From the NCBI GenBank assembly GCA_018651725.1, contig JABIDK010000019.1, forward strand, positions 3,894 to 67,893: a stretch of DNA of 64,000 bases. The letters are read 5' to 3'. Origin of the DNA: Candidatus Falkowbacteria bacterium. Its GTDB lineage: Bacteria; Patescibacteriota; Patescibacteriia; JAACEG01. Both the position numbers and the translations under genes were made by a program. This document shows positions 19,421 through 29,389 of this stretch, in pieces. Below the pieces are notes generated by a model. It had not been told where the DNA came from, ran no database searches, and worked only from the letters and a program-made list of their open reading frames with translations. The stretch's first letter is position 1. Each line of letters begins with the position of its first letter.

Positions 19421-19457
19421 GTTTAGATATCTTTATTAATAATGCTTAAATGATATA

Positions 19458-19901
19458 CTATTTTCCTTTTTCTGTCAATATCTTTACGGTCTCGCCTACT
19501 TTTATACCATATTTTTCACAAAATCCGGCGTTTACCTCTAAAACTTTGTTTGCTTTTTTACTTGGAGTATAGCTTGGAATATTTCCATTGGACGGGATCT
19601 CTGCATTTTTTGCTATCTCAACAACCGTATTATCATCTATCCAAATTATATCGATCGGGAATTTCATATCCTTCATCCAAAAAATATGTGTATCTTTTTC
19701 ATCAAACACAAAAAACAAACCACAATCCTGACACAAACTATCACGTCCGGAAAGCCCCTGTCTTCTGCCTGAAAATGTATCTACTGTTTCTATACTTATA
19801 ATTTTATCCCCTATTTTTAGTTCTGTATTTATATCCTCATTCTTAACTCCACAACCACTAAACAAAATAACAATTAAAAATAATAAAAAAGTTTTTTTCA
19901 T
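19458..19901 (-). CDS. DUF192 (COG1430) lipoprotein
   Basis: Lipobox MKKTFLLFLIVILFSGC. The DUF192 signature is GLSGR...FVFD...MKDMKFPIDIIWID. Confidence 0.65.
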   Translation of the reverse strand: MKKTFLLFLIVILFSGCGVKNEDINTELKIGDKIISIETVDTFSGRRQGLSGRDSLCQDCGLFFVFDEKDTHIFWMKDMKFPIDIIWIDDNTVVEIAKNAEIPSNGNIPSYTPSKKANKVLEVNAGFCEKYGIKVGETVKILTEKGK

Positions 19902-20953
19902 ACTAATCTTTTATTTTCTTTTTTTCTATAAATAAAATATATTCCTCCAGCGATTATTAGCATAAAAACACATAGGATTAAAAAAGACAAAAACCTGCCA
20001 AAGCTTTTAAAAAATAAACCAAAGGAGCCGAAAAGTATTGTTAAAAAATATAAAAACAATACTGCCTGTCTATGAGTAAGACCAATATCCAGAAGCTGAA
20101 AATGTAAATGTTTTTTATCGGAATAAGAAAAAGGAGATTGTCTTTTGGAAAGTCTCTTAATTATCACGAATAACAAATCAATAATTGGAATCCCCATTAC
20201 TAAAAGTGTAACTGCTATTTTTCCGTCTGTGATAATAGCTAAAACTCCAATCATAAATCCGCAGTATAAACTTCCTCCTTCTCCCAGAAAAATAGATGCT
20301 CTGTGCCAATTAAAAATTAAAAAACCAAGTAAAGCTCCAACAAAAATTATTGCCAGCATTCCAACTTCCGGTAAAATTGCCGGTCCAATAAATAAACTTA
20401 AAATAAATATAGTAATAGCGCCAATTAAAGTTATGCCGGTTGTAAGTCCATCAAGTCCGTCTAAAATTTTAGTGGTGTAGCTCATACCAAGAAGCCATAA
20501 AAAAGTAATAAGTATTGAAAGCCACTTTAAATTTTCAAAGTCTACTGTTCCACCAAAAGGGTTGGTTATATATCCAATGTTGATTCCGGAATATATTACT
20601 GCTCCAATAGCAATAATCGGCCAAATAATCTGTTTAATTGGATCAAGATTTTTTTTATCATCTAAAACTCCGCCTAAAATAATTATCCCGCTGGCGATCC
20701 AAATTCCAATCATCATTTTAAGATCAATATATTTTCCAATGATATGATCACCAAAAAAAACACTGTAGAGTGAAACTATCAAAAAACTAAAAAAAATCGC
20801 CACTCCTCCTAAGAGCGGGGTTGGTCTACTATGAATTTTCCTCCAAAAAGTCGGGCGATCAACTATTTTATATTGCCAAGCAATCCTTTTTATAAAAACA
20901 GTAAATACAATGGAAAGCAAAAAAGCGCCTCCTCCAACCAATAAATATTGCAT
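19898..20953 (-). CDS. Polyprenyl-phosphate N-acetylhexosamine-1-phosphate transferase, WecA/TagO-like (GT4, MraY superfamily)
   Basis: VDRPTFWRKIHSRPTPLLGG, a DDxxN motif, and the N-x-x-DGLDGL motif (TKILDGLDGLTTG). About 10 TM helices. Overlaps the DUF192 gene by 4 nt. Confidence 0.7.
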   Translation of the reverse strand: MQYLLVGGGAFLLSIVFTVFIKRIAWQYKIVDRPTFWRKIHSRPTPLLGGVAIFFSFLIVSLYSVFFGDHIIGKYIDLKMMIGIWIASGIIILGGVLDDKKNLDPIKQIIWPIIAIGAVIYSGINIGYITNPFGGTVDFENLKWLSILITFLWLLGMSYTTKILDGLDGLTTGITLIGAITIFILSLFIGPAILPEVGMLAIIFVGALLGFLIFNWHRASIFLGEGGSLYCGFMIGVLAIITDGKIAVTLLVMGIPIIDLLFVIIKRLSKRQSPFSYSDKKHLHFQLLDIGLTHRQAVLFLYFLTILFGSFGLFFKSFGRFLSFLILCVFMLIIAGGIYFIYRKKENKRLV

Positions 20954-20983
20954 AATAATAAATTCACTAATAAACCGGGTATT

Positions 20984-21235
20984 TTAACCTTTTTTTTCAA
21001 GAATAAATCTGTAACCAATAACCAGTGCGATTAAAAAAGCAATTACCATAAACCAGTTAATCGGCGGGATTATAAGTAAAATAATAATAAAAATCAAAGG
21101 GATTTTAATTAAAATCTTGCCTTTTTTGTCTTTGACTACTACTCTTCTTTTAAAAATTTCGTCAAAGAATTTTTTAATGAAGCCTACGGTTTTATCGGCC
21201 GTGACATCAAATTCTTTTTTGTGTTTTGTTGGCAT
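20984..21235 (-). CDS. Small membrane protein, hypothetical
   Basis: 83 aa with one TM helix. Overlaps the upstream gene by 29 nt, so it may be spurious. Confidence 0.3.
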   Translation of the reverse strand: MPTKHKKEFDVTADKTVGFIKKFFDEIFKRRVVVKDKKGKILIKIPLIFIIILLIIPPINWFMVIAFLIALVIGYRFILEKKG

Positions 21236-21851
21236 AAATTATTTTTTTATAAATTCCAAAAGGAGAAATTATTTCTCTGAAAAATAAAGTAATTATTATA
21301 GAAACAGCAGTTGCTAAGATAAAATTGTATGGCATTAAAACATAGAAACTAAAAGCGCCAAAAAAAGCAGAGCTCGCGTAGTTTGATCCATTTTTAAAGG
21401 CAAGCGGCATATCTCCCATAATAGCATCTCTTATAATCCCACCTCCAAAACCGGTTAAGACTCCTAAAAACATACAAACAATAAACGAGAGTATATAGCT
21501 ATTAAAATCTAAAAAATTAAAAACTGTTGTAACCCCGATAATAACAAAGACCGACAAACCAACAGAGTCAATAAATCTAAAAAAGGAGTACTGCTTCTTA
21601 AAAAATGTTGGGGTTAAATATATTAATACGCTTCCTAAGATAGCAACAAGTAAATAATTAACATCTTTTAAATAAAACAAAGGGACTCTTCCGATAATTA
21701 AATCCCTGATAGTTCCTCCGCCAACAGCGGTTATCACGCCTAAAAAAATCACGCCTAAAATATGCAGTTTCTCTATCTTTGCTTTATAAGCGCCGGTTAT
21801 AGCAAAGGCAAGCGTACCAATAAGGTCTAGAAAATACATAAAATTATCCAA
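21207..21851 (-). CDS. UPF0126/TRIC-like membrane protein (YadS/Gly-transporter fold)
   Basis: Two repeats of the GGG(T/I)IRD motif (GGGTIRDLIIG and GGGIIRDAIMG) and 7 TM helices. Confidence 0.6.
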   Translation of the reverse strand: MDNFMYFLDLIGTLAFAITGAYKAKIEKLHILGVIFLGVITAVGGGTIRDLIIGRVPLFYLKDVNYLLVAILGSVLIYLTPTFFKKQYSFFRFIDSVGLSVFVIIGVTTVFNFLDFNSYILSFIVCMFLGVLTGFGGGIIRDAIMGDMPLAFKNGSNYASSAFFGAFSFYVLMPYNFILATAVSIIITLFFREIISPFGIYKKIIYANKTQKRI

Positions 21852-23040
21852 ACATTACCCATTCCGGTTTTAAAATTAATAAAATTCCTAAAATTAAAAT
21901 TACAATTCCTCCGATTAAATTAGAGTAGCTACTATATTTTCCGTTTAGTCCAACGCTTTTTAGCGTTGTCATGGCAATAACAAAAATTAATAAATCATCA
22001 AGCAAGAAAATTAAAATATAAAGTAGCAAATATAGATAATATTTAAGTGGTGACAGGTCGGCCAGAACTAAAATCTGCGTATAAATTGCCGGCAGTCCGG
22101 CTGAACAAACCAGCTCAATCAAATTAACCGCAAAGGCTAAAACAATAATACCGGATAATGCCAGCCAAAATGATTTTTGTTCTGCAATCTCACGAAATTT
22201 ATCCATGATCTTTTGCTTCTGCCCAGGATTAGTAACTTTACAAGCTCCGCTTTTATTGGTATGCCATTCCTTTAAATGATACCCCCCGCTTGCAATTGCA
22301 ACCAGCCCGATAACAATTCTAACCGTTGCGATAACCCCTATAAATAAAAATAAATTCAGCCAAGCAGATAAAAATAAAAAATAAACTAAGGCCGAGGTTA
22401 CGATAAAAGAAGTTCCTAGAATCCACATTTTCTTTCTGTCTTTCATTCCCAAAAGTAAACTGATCAAGAAAAGAAGCACCCACATCGCACATGGATTAAA
22501 TCCATCTAGCGCCGCAATTACAATCGTAAGAAGTGGTAAAGAAAATGTTTTAGTGTTAACTTCTCCTAATAAAGGAAGATTGATCACATGAGCCTCTTCG
22601 TCCATTTTACAGACATCTTTCCCTGCTCCGTCGCCCTTTTTAACTTCTCCAACAAAATCATAACATCCGGTGATTTGATGTTCTTCAATTATATTTTTAA
22701 TTTTTGCACCGGTTGTTTTATCGTTCAAATAACCAACTACGGCTTCATCGCCAACGAGAAGGAAGGGCACGCCATACTCTTTAACCTCTAATTTTTTGGC
22801 GATATTTTGCAGTAGTTTCGCATTCTCTTTATTTTTATAGATCTCAAAGTATTTAATTTCTATATTAGGGAAATCATTTTGTAAATCAATTAAAAACTCT
22901 TTTTCCTTTTCACAGTGTGGACACCCGCTGCCATAAAACTGGGAAATATAAATAGTTTGATGATCCTCAGCTAAAGAAAAAGCGGGCATCAAAAAACAAC
23001 TAATAAGAAAAAATAAAATTAAAAATATTTTTTTAAACAT
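21844..23040 (-). CDS. Thiol:disulfide interchange protein: periplasmic thioredoxin domain fused to a CcdA/DsbD transmembrane domain
   Basis: Signal peptide, a CPHC active site (GSGCPHCEKEK) and a DsbD_2-like TM core with a conserved Cys (DGFNPCAMWVL). Confidence 0.65.
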   Translation of the reverse strand: MFKKIFLILFFLISCFLMPAFSLAEDHQTIYISQFYGSGCPHCEKEKEFLIDLQNDFPNIEIKYFEIYKNKENAKLLQNIAKKLEVKEYGVPFLLVGDEAVVGYLNDKTTGAKIKNIIEEHQITGCYDFVGEVKKGDGAGKDVCKMDEEAHVINLPLLGEVNTKTFSLPLLTIVIAALDGFNPCAMWVLLFLISLLLGMKDRKKMWILGTSFIVTSALVYFLFLSAWLNLFLFIGVIATVRIVIGLVAIASGGYHLKEWHTNKSGACKVTNPGQKQKIMDKFREIAEQKSFWLALSGIIVLAFAVNLIELVCSAGLPAIYTQILVLADLSPLKYYLYLLLYILIFLLDDLLIFVIAMTTLKSVGLNGKYSSYSNLIGGIVILILGILLILKPEWVMFG

Positions 23041-24391
23041 AGATTAATGCCATTAGTAACCCAACTAATCCTAAGGTTGAAAAAATCACTCTTGGATGCT
23101 GGCGTTTTATTTCAACTAAAATATTAACAAGTAAAATTATTAAAGCCAAAGAAACTAAAATCTTATAGTAACCGGAACTAATATTAAACAATGGCTTAAC
23201 ATACTCTGATTGATTATGTCTCATAAAAAAATACTGCTTCAATAAAGACGGTTTAGCCGGTACGATATTATCCCAATTTATATTTCCAATAACAGTATTA
23301 CCAAATTTATCGTAAGCAGTCACATCTCCTAAAACAACCGGGTTGAAAAGTTCCGCTTCTTCTTCGTTAAAAACTATTACTGAGCCAATCCATTTATTGC
23401 TCTCTTCCTTATCTTTTTTTAAATCCAAATGATAGTTGTTAAAATCAACAGTTACCTTTTCAGCTCCACCGCTTACATAAACTGTTGCCTCAACTTTTTT
23501 TCTGTTTTCTTTATTTTTTACAACCAAATTACTTTTTAAAGAATCAATTTTTAATGTTTCTGACTTTTTCTGAATAGTTGTTCCTAATACGCTTGGTGAG
23601 GAAAAATATTGCGCAACCAAAGTAGAATCACGTCCGTTATATTCGCCACTTATTAACCCTACCCCGATTTCATTATAACGAGGTTCAATAATATTTTTAT
23701 AATGAGTTTTGCTTTTTATCCAAGCATTAACCACATCCTCAGCACTCATAAACCCCATGGCTAAATTTTCCCCGGCAACTCGATAGTTATAGTTATTATT
23801 TTCAAGCCAGTCAGCCAGTTTTTTTTCATCCGGACCGGTATGAGCAAAATATTGATGCGCAAGCATATCTTCTGCTTTTTGTGAAGCAATCTCTTCCAGT
23901 AATTTATTTTCTCGCAAAAGATTAATATCCAGCTCCGCCCTTACTTCGTTGGTTAATTTAACTATTTTCCGACCCTGCTCTTTTAAGACATCGGGCGTAA
24001 GCCAGGCCGAAACAGGCATAATAAACAAAATCGCTATTACCACAAATTTAATAACAACCGAAGATATGGCATAAAAAAACAATCTTTTTGAATGAAGAGC
24101 TTTTGGATGATAGTTGTTGCCTTTGTGTGGTACAAAAAAATCTCTTAGCTCTCCTGGCCCTAAAGGATTTCTGCCTTTTTTTATCTCTTGCCCATCACTA
24201 ACACCATCCTTATCCGTATCAGGGTTTAAAGGATCAGTGCCGTAAATATTTACCTCTTCAAAATCATTAAGTTCATCCTGATCGCTATCCTTATTAAAAG
24301 GATCAGTGCCTAACTTCTCCTCTTCTTGATCGGTAAGACCATCAGCATCAGAGTCTTTGATATATTTTGCTTTTTTTGAAAAATTAAACAT
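23033..24391 (-). CDS. CAP/SCP/PR-1 domain protein with N-terminal TSP3-like calcium-binding repeats and two TM segments
   Basis: DSDADGLTD...DTDKDGVSDGQE repeats. The CAP domain has HTGP...NYRVAGENLA...HYKNIIEP... motifs. Heads an operon of 4-8-nt overlapping genes. Confidence 0.6.
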   Translation of the reverse strand: MFNFSKKAKYIKDSDADGLTDQEEEKLGTDPFNKDSDQDELNDFEEVNIYGTDPLNPDTDKDGVSDGQEIKKGRNPLGPGELRDFFVPHKGNNYHPKALHSKRLFFYAISSVVIKFVVIAILFIMPVSAWLTPDVLKEQGRKIVKLTNEVRAELDINLLRENKLLEEIASQKAEDMLAHQYFAHTGPDEKKLADWLENNNYNYRVAGENLAMGFMSAEDVVNAWIKSKTHYKNIIEPRYNEIGVGLISGEYNGRDSTLVAQYFSSPSVLGTTIQKKSETLKIDSLKSNLVVKNKENRKKVEATVYVSGGAEKVTVDFNNYHLDLKKDKEESNKWIGSVIVFNEEEAELFNPVVLGDVTAYDKFGNTVIGNINWDNIVPAKPSLLKQYFFMRHNQSEYVKPLFNISSGYYKILVSLALIILLVNILVEIKRQHPRVIFSTLGLVGLLMALIYV

Positions 24392-24430
24392 AAATTAAAC
24401 TAATTGATATTTATATTTTACATTTATAAT

Positions 24431-24470
24431 ACTAAAAAAGCAAATAAAAAAACAGCCTATTTAAACAAAT
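24431..24470 (-). terminator. Possible rho-independent terminator downstream of the trmH-like gene
   Basis: On the minus strand, aacagcttatttgtttaaataggctgtt forms an imperfect hairpin followed by TTTTTTT. Confidence 0.35.
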
Positions 24471-24486
24471 AAGCTGTTAAAAAATA

Positions 24487-25260
24487 TTACTTGAAAATCT
24501 TATAAAAAATTATTCCGGCTGAGGTAGCCACATTTAATGACTCTATTTTATTGCTTGTTTTTATTTTTATAAAATCATCGGAGATCTCTTGAATATTTTT
24601 ATCTACCCCGCGGGCTTCACTTCCAAGTACGATACAAAATGTTTTTTCCTTGTCCAAAGTATCAACATCTTTTCCTTTTCGAACATTAGTAGAAAAAACC
24701 TTCATTTTTTTCTTGATTTTTTTCAGCACTTTTAAATTTTCATCAAATTCGATATTTAGCTTAAAAATAGATCCCCGAGCAGCACTCAAAGTTTTATAAT
24801 TATATAAATCAACACAATTTTCATCTAAAACAATATTTTCTATGTCAAAGGCTAAGGCTGAGCGTAAAATTGTTCCCAAATTTCCAGGATCACTAATATT
24901 GTTTAAATAAACTATTGGCTTATTATAATTAATTTTTTTATCTATCTTTTTGTAAACAGCACAGATCCCGGATAAAGTATCTAAATTAGAAAAAGATTTA
25001 TTAACAATAGTGTTAATAATATAATATTTTTCAACCCCTGACTTACTCAAGATAACTTCAAATTCTTTTTGATTTTTCTCTACAAACTCTTCAGTAACAA
25101 ATAAATCTTCAAAAATAAAACCTGCTTTTACAGCGTCTTTAATAATTTTTAAATTCTCAATAAAAAATTTAGAGTATTCTTCTCGATACTTTTTTTGGTT
25201 TAATTTTTTTAAAAATTTTATTTTTTCGTTATCTTTACTAGTAATTTTAAGCTCTTTCAT
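24487..25260 (-). CDS. SpoU/TrmH-family RNA 2'-O-methyltransferase (RlmB-like)
   Basis: SPOUT motifs GNLGTILRSALAF and IVLGSEARGV plus an N-terminal substrate-binding domain. The start is trimmed to MKELKIT. Confidence 0.7.
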   Translation of the reverse strand: MKELKITSKDNEKIKFLKKLNQKKYREEYSKFFIENLKIIKDAVKAGFIFEDLFVTEEFVEKNQKEFEVILSKSGVEKYYIINTIVNKSFSNLDTLSGICAVYKKIDKKINYNKPIVYLNNISDPGNLGTILRSALAFDIENIVLDENCVDLYNYKTLSAARGSIFKLNIEFDENLKVLKKIKKKMKVFSTNVRKGKDVDTLDKEKTFCIVLGSEARGVDKNIQEISDDFIKIKTSNKIESLNVATSAGIIFYKIFK

Positions 25261-25261
25261 A

Positions 25262-25615
25262 TTATTGCGCCTTTTTAAATCTAACACTAAAAAGCGGTTC
25301 ATATTGATTTTCCTCTTGATCGATTACCTCTACTTTTTCTCCTTTTATAAGTTGATTTAAAGCCAAATCACTTAATATTTCTTTGTCTGTCTCGGCCTCT
25401 AACTTTAAATCTTCCAGTCTGGAAAATTCGGTGTTAAAATCTGCTTTAACATTTTCTTCGATTTGTTTTTTCTTTTCTTTTAGTTCTTTTAATTTTTCTG
25501 TAAGCTCGTAATATTCATGAGAATTTTGTAAAGCTTCCTTGTAAAGAACCCTGATTTTTCGTTGTTCTTTTTTCGTTTTTTGAATTCTAGTGAAAATTTC
25601 TTGTAGTTTTGGCAT
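25262..25615 (-). CDS. Hypothetical coiled-coil protein
   Basis: 117 aa, charged and heptad-like. No family recognised. Confidence 0.35.
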   Translation of the reverse strand: MPKLQEIFTRIQKTKKEQRKIRVLYKEALQNSHEYYELTEKLKELKEKKKQIEENVKADFNTEFSRLEDLKLEAETDKEILSDLALNQLIKGEKVEVIDQEENQYEPLFSVRFKKAQ

Positions 25616-25638
25616 AGTGTTTAATTGTGAATTATGAA

Positions 25639-26571
25639 TTACTTATCAAATATCTTTGTTAATTTTGGGATAACTTGTTTTTTGCGCGAAATTATCTTAT
25701 CGATATAAACTTTATTATTTTTAAGTTTGACTTTAAAGGCTTTTTCGAATCCACTAGCATCTTCAGAAGCAACTAAAAATCTAGAGCCTTCTTTTATTAT
25801 ATCTGTAATAAATAAAATTATGCTGTGATAATCTCCTGATTTTTTTAAATCATTAAGACTTTTTAGTAAATTATCCTCCAACGAGTTAAGCTCTTCCAAA
25901 TTAACGGTTTCCACTTGTCCGATTCCAAACCTCCCAACCTTAAAAACAAAATCTTTAAAATCACTTTTAATTATTTCTTTTGGAGACAAGTCACTGACAC
26001 TGGAGCGAACCTTAAAGATCTCCATTCCATATTCTTTCCAATCTTTTATTTCTGCAATTTCTGCTAGCTTTTCAATTATTTCTTTGTCTTTTTCAGTGCA
26101 AGTTGGGGACTTTGTGATAACAGTATCAACTAAAATAGCACTAAGTATAAGTCCGGCTAAATTTTTATTTATTTTAATATTATTTTTAAAATAACAATGC
26201 GCAATTATACTAGCACTTGCTCCCCACGGCAAAACCTTAAAAACAATCAGTTCACTATATTTAAAATCAACTTTATGATGATCTAAAACCTCAACGATCT
26301 CTGCACCCTCTCTCCCGTCAGCTGATTGAGAAACTTCATTGTGATCCACTAAAATAACTTTTTTATTCTTTAAATCTTTTAAAATTTTTGGTTTTTCAAA
26401 GCCAAATTTCTCCAGAACATATTCTGTCTCTTTGTTAATTATCCCAGCCACAACTGGAACATAAAAATTAACTCCTTCCAGCTTATTTTTAAATTGAGCA
26501 TAACTAATCGCTCCAGCCACACTATCTAAATCAGGTGACTTATGCCCAATAACATAAATTTTTTCTTGCAT
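25639..26571 (-). CDS. ppaC: Family II (Mn-dependent) inorganic pyrophosphatase, DHH-DHHA2
   Basis: KIYVIGHKSPDLDSVAGAISYA and DHH (VLDHHKV) motifs. About 310 aa with a DHHA2-like C-terminal domain. Confidence 0.75.
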   Translation of the reverse strand: MQEKIYVIGHKSPDLDSVAGAISYAQFKNKLEGVNFYVPVVAGIINKETEYVLEKFGFEKPKILKDLKNKKVILVDHNEVSQSADGREGAEIVEVLDHHKVDFKYSELIVFKVLPWGASASIIAHCYFKNNIKINKNLAGLILSAILVDTVITKSPTCTEKDKEIIEKLAEIAEIKDWKEYGMEIFKVRSSVSDLSPKEIIKSDFKDFVFKVGRFGIGQVETVNLEELNSLEDNLLKSLNDLKKSGDYHSIILFITDIIKEGSRFLVASEDASGFEKAFKVKLKNNKVYIDKIISRKKQVIPKLTKIFDK

Positions 26572-26830
26572 AGAATTTTTGTTATTTAAAATCTAAATTT
26601 ATAATAACTTTACTATAGCAAATCTAATAAATTTGCCAAGACATAATTTCGATATGTTGAATTTTTGAATTTATAAATAAAAAAAATCCCATTATTTTAA
26701 AACGGAAATTTTTAATAGAAAAGATACCTAACCCCTTTTCCCTTGCAATCTTCGAAACCATGCTATACTTCCTGATTTTACAGAGGAAGACCAAAAAACA
26801 CCGTAAGATCATTAAAAATGAAAGAGTTAT

Positions 26831-28012
26831 TTAATAAATACCTAATTCTATCCGACCTGTCGCCCCGCATTCACCACACGACGAGCTGCGGGCACAACAC
26901 TGGTATGGGTGTCCATACTGTCCAGTGGGGCTTACCCAACTGCCGGGGTTGCAACTTTCGGAACATGAATCTAACCATGCGATGTAGCAATTTCCTTTAC
27001 AATCGTCTATATTACACGCTCGATCCTGGAATGATGTCGGGGTCAGGGTTGTAGTATATTGGCCGCATGAATCCCCACCGACAGTGGAACCGTTGTATCG
27101 TTGCCAGTTACCTGCTTGTTGCCAACCAGAGGGGACATTTAAATTACTTCCCGTCTTCTTGCATATAGTTCCTCCACTAACCGAAACTACATTTCCATTA
27201 ATGCTGTCACAATCACATGTACTATGACTACTACCTCCAAACGTTAACGAAACCCTAGCAATACATGTTCCTTGGCAACAGTAACCAATTTCGCATTCAG
27301 AACTACCAGAACACTTAGCCCCATCAGGTTTTAACAAAGTTATACTATTCGAAGCTATCGATAAATTACTGCTCTTGCTCGTATAAGAATTAAAATCCGC
27401 ATCCGTGGTTTCATTCCAGTTCTCTATCGGATACTCTAAAGCTATTGTCTCTCCGGCTTCTATTCCACTATCTTTAGCAGAATATTTAAACCAATCCGAT
27501 CCGTGTCCGCTGGAGTGATGGGCGATTGCGGAGCTTAACTCTGTCCAAGATTCTTGGACTAGGCTGTAACCGGCAGCGGCTATTTTTTCGGTTGGGCCCA
27601 TCAGGAAGTTTGTTATCATTGTACTGAAGGATAATATTAATACTATTGTGGCTAATCCTGCATAGGAGAATACTTTAGCGTGTCTTTGGGCTTTTTTGAA
27701 TTGGGAATATGGGACAGGGCATGATATGGCTTGGTGTTGGTTGTAGAGGAGATTGAAGGCTATGGCGGGGTCGCCGAAGATGGCGATGATTTGTTCGGCG
27801 ATGTTTAAGGTGATATCAATAAAAAAAGATAAGATACCAAAGTAAAAAACTTTGAGTCTGGAAGCAGTTATCTTTAAAATCGACAAACGAATAATCCCCT
27901 TACCCTCAAGATTTTCATTTTTTAAGATTAAGCTTTGGTTGAGTAGAGCTTTTTTAATTTTTTCGTCTAACTTTAAAGAGATTGATTTTAATTTTTGGTA
28001 AAAATTAAACAT
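26831..28012 (-). CDS. Membrane-anchored extracytoplasmic cysteine-rich protein, hypothetical (no family recognised). GC is elevated.
   Basis: Two N-terminal TM helices. The C-terminal ~170 aa carry about 30 Cys (CCQGTC, CDCDS, CSESCNPG, CGECG). GC is ~45% against a ~30% background. Confidence 0.5.
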   Translation of the reverse strand: MFNFYQKLKSISLKLDEKIKKALLNQSLILKNENLEGKGIIRLSILKITASRLKVFYFGILSFFIDITLNIAEQIIAIFGDPAIAFNLLYNQHQAISCPVPYSQFKKAQRHAKVFSYAGLATIVLILSFSTMITNFLMGPTEKIAAAGYSLVQESWTELSSAIAHHSSGHGSDWFKYSAKDSGIEAGETIALEYPIENWNETTDADFNSYTSKSSNLSIASNSITLLKPDGAKCSGSSECEIGYCCQGTCIARVSLTFGGSSHSTCDCDSINGNVVSVSGGTICKKTGSNLNVPSGWQQAGNWQRYNGSTVGGDSCGQYTTTLTPTSFQDRACNIDDCKGNCYIAWLDSCSESCNPGSWVSPTGQYGHPYQCCARSSSCGECGATGRIELGIY

Positions 28013-28155
28013 ATGATAAAAATCTAATATAAATTTATATTAACACTTTTTTCTAAAAATGAAAAAGGCTAGAGTTATCCATAACATTAAAAATCTAAAC
28101 GACAAGATCCCTCGACTCTCTCCGCTCGCTCGGGATGACAACAGAGTCTGTATTA

Positions 28156-29373
28156 TCATCGTATCATTTCCTGATATTTTTTAATCTCTTTAAAAAATCT
28201 TTCTTTATTTTCTTGTTTGATTGGCTTTCCTGGTGGTAAAATTTCTCGGAGAGGATTAATTTTTGCTCCGTTTTTTACCATTTCGTAGTGCAAATGAGGG
28301 CCGGTTGAGAAGCCGGTTGAGCCTACATATCCGATTATTTGTCCTTGTTTTACCTTCTGGCCCGTTCTAACGGCTATTTTGGACTGATGAGCGTAATTTG
28401 TTGAATAAGTGGAGTTGTGTCTAATTTTCGTTAAATACCCATAACCAACGCTGCTCCAGCCGGCAAAAGCGACTGTTCCGTCTCCAACGCTCCTAATTGG
28501 CGTTCCAGTTTTGGCGGCGTAATCAATCGCCCTATGCCCGGTTGCAGTGTTAAAAGCCTCAACATAACGACTGCCGGTTGTAAATCCTGAGGAGATATAT
28601 TTAAAAGAAACCGGGGCTTTTAAAAACATCTTTTGAACAGAGTTGCCTTGTTCATCAAAATATCCTTTATTGTCTTCTGATTCTTCAAAATAATAAACCT
28701 CGAAATTAACACCATCGTTAATATATTTACCAGCCAAAACTCTACCCGGCATTACATATTCACCGTCCAAATATTTTTCTTCGTAAACAAATTTAAATTT
28801 ATCACCAACTCTTGGGTCCATGGCAAAATCAATACTCCACTGAAAAGCATTGGCAAGCTCTATAATCGCTCGCGTATCAATATTATTATTGATAGCCGCC
28901 TCGTACATTGATGACTGTACTTTACCTTCGGCTACTTTTATTTTTGTTTTATAGTCTATAGGCTTAATCTCTGCTTGCCACTCTCCGTCCTGATCTTTTC
29001 TAACGTATAGTTTTTCTTCTGTATTAACCTCATAGTCTAAGCCTTTACATTCTTCGGTCTCTTTGTCGTAAATTAACTCAATAAATCTCCCAACCCGAAT
29101 ATTAGCAAGATCATACAACTCTTGCGAAGTACTATAGATATCTTGAGCAACAGACGTGTCCAGATCAGCTTCTTTCATGAGAACCCCATAGGTAGACCCC
29201 GATTTGATTTCAATCTCCACCACTTTATCCGCTTTGGCTGGATGAGCTAATAAAGATATGGCTTCTTTTGAACCATTAAAATCATTATCAAAACCAGGAT
29301 TTGAATACCAATTAAAAAAAGAAAATCCTGCGACAATCAAAAAAATTGATATTGTATAGATATATTTCTTCAT
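28156..29373 (-). CDS. M23-family metallopeptidase (LytM-like) with an N-terminal membrane anchor
   Basis: HRAIDYAA...G...HLHYEM gives the HxxxD and HxH zinc motifs. Confidence 0.8.
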   Translation of the reverse strand: MKKYIYTISIFLIVAGFSFFNWYSNPGFDNDFNGSKEAISLLAHPAKADKVVEIEIKSGSTYGVLMKEADLDTSVAQDIYSTSQELYDLANIRVGRFIELIYDKETEECKGLDYEVNTEEKLYVRKDQDGEWQAEIKPIDYKTKIKVAEGKVQSSMYEAAINNNIDTRAIIELANAFQWSIDFAMDPRVGDKFKFVYEEKYLDGEYVMPGRVLAGKYINDGVNFEVYYFEESEDNKGYFDEQGNSVQKMFLKAPVSFKYISSGFTTGSRYVEAFNTATGHRAIDYAAKTGTPIRSVGDGTVAFAGWSSVGYGYLTKIRHNSTYSTNYAHQSKIAVRTGQKVKQGQIIGYVGSTGFSTGPHLHYEMVKNGAKINPLREILPPGKPIKQENKERFFKEIKKYQEMIR

Positions 29374-29389
29374 AAATTAAACCTGTTTT

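Noticed and set aside
26624-27054. Two small ORFs (62 aa minus, 78 aa plus) around the ppaC upstream region and the 3' end of the Cys-rich gene
   Set aside because: They overlap a better-supported CDS or lie in an AT-rich intergenic region, and have no start context.
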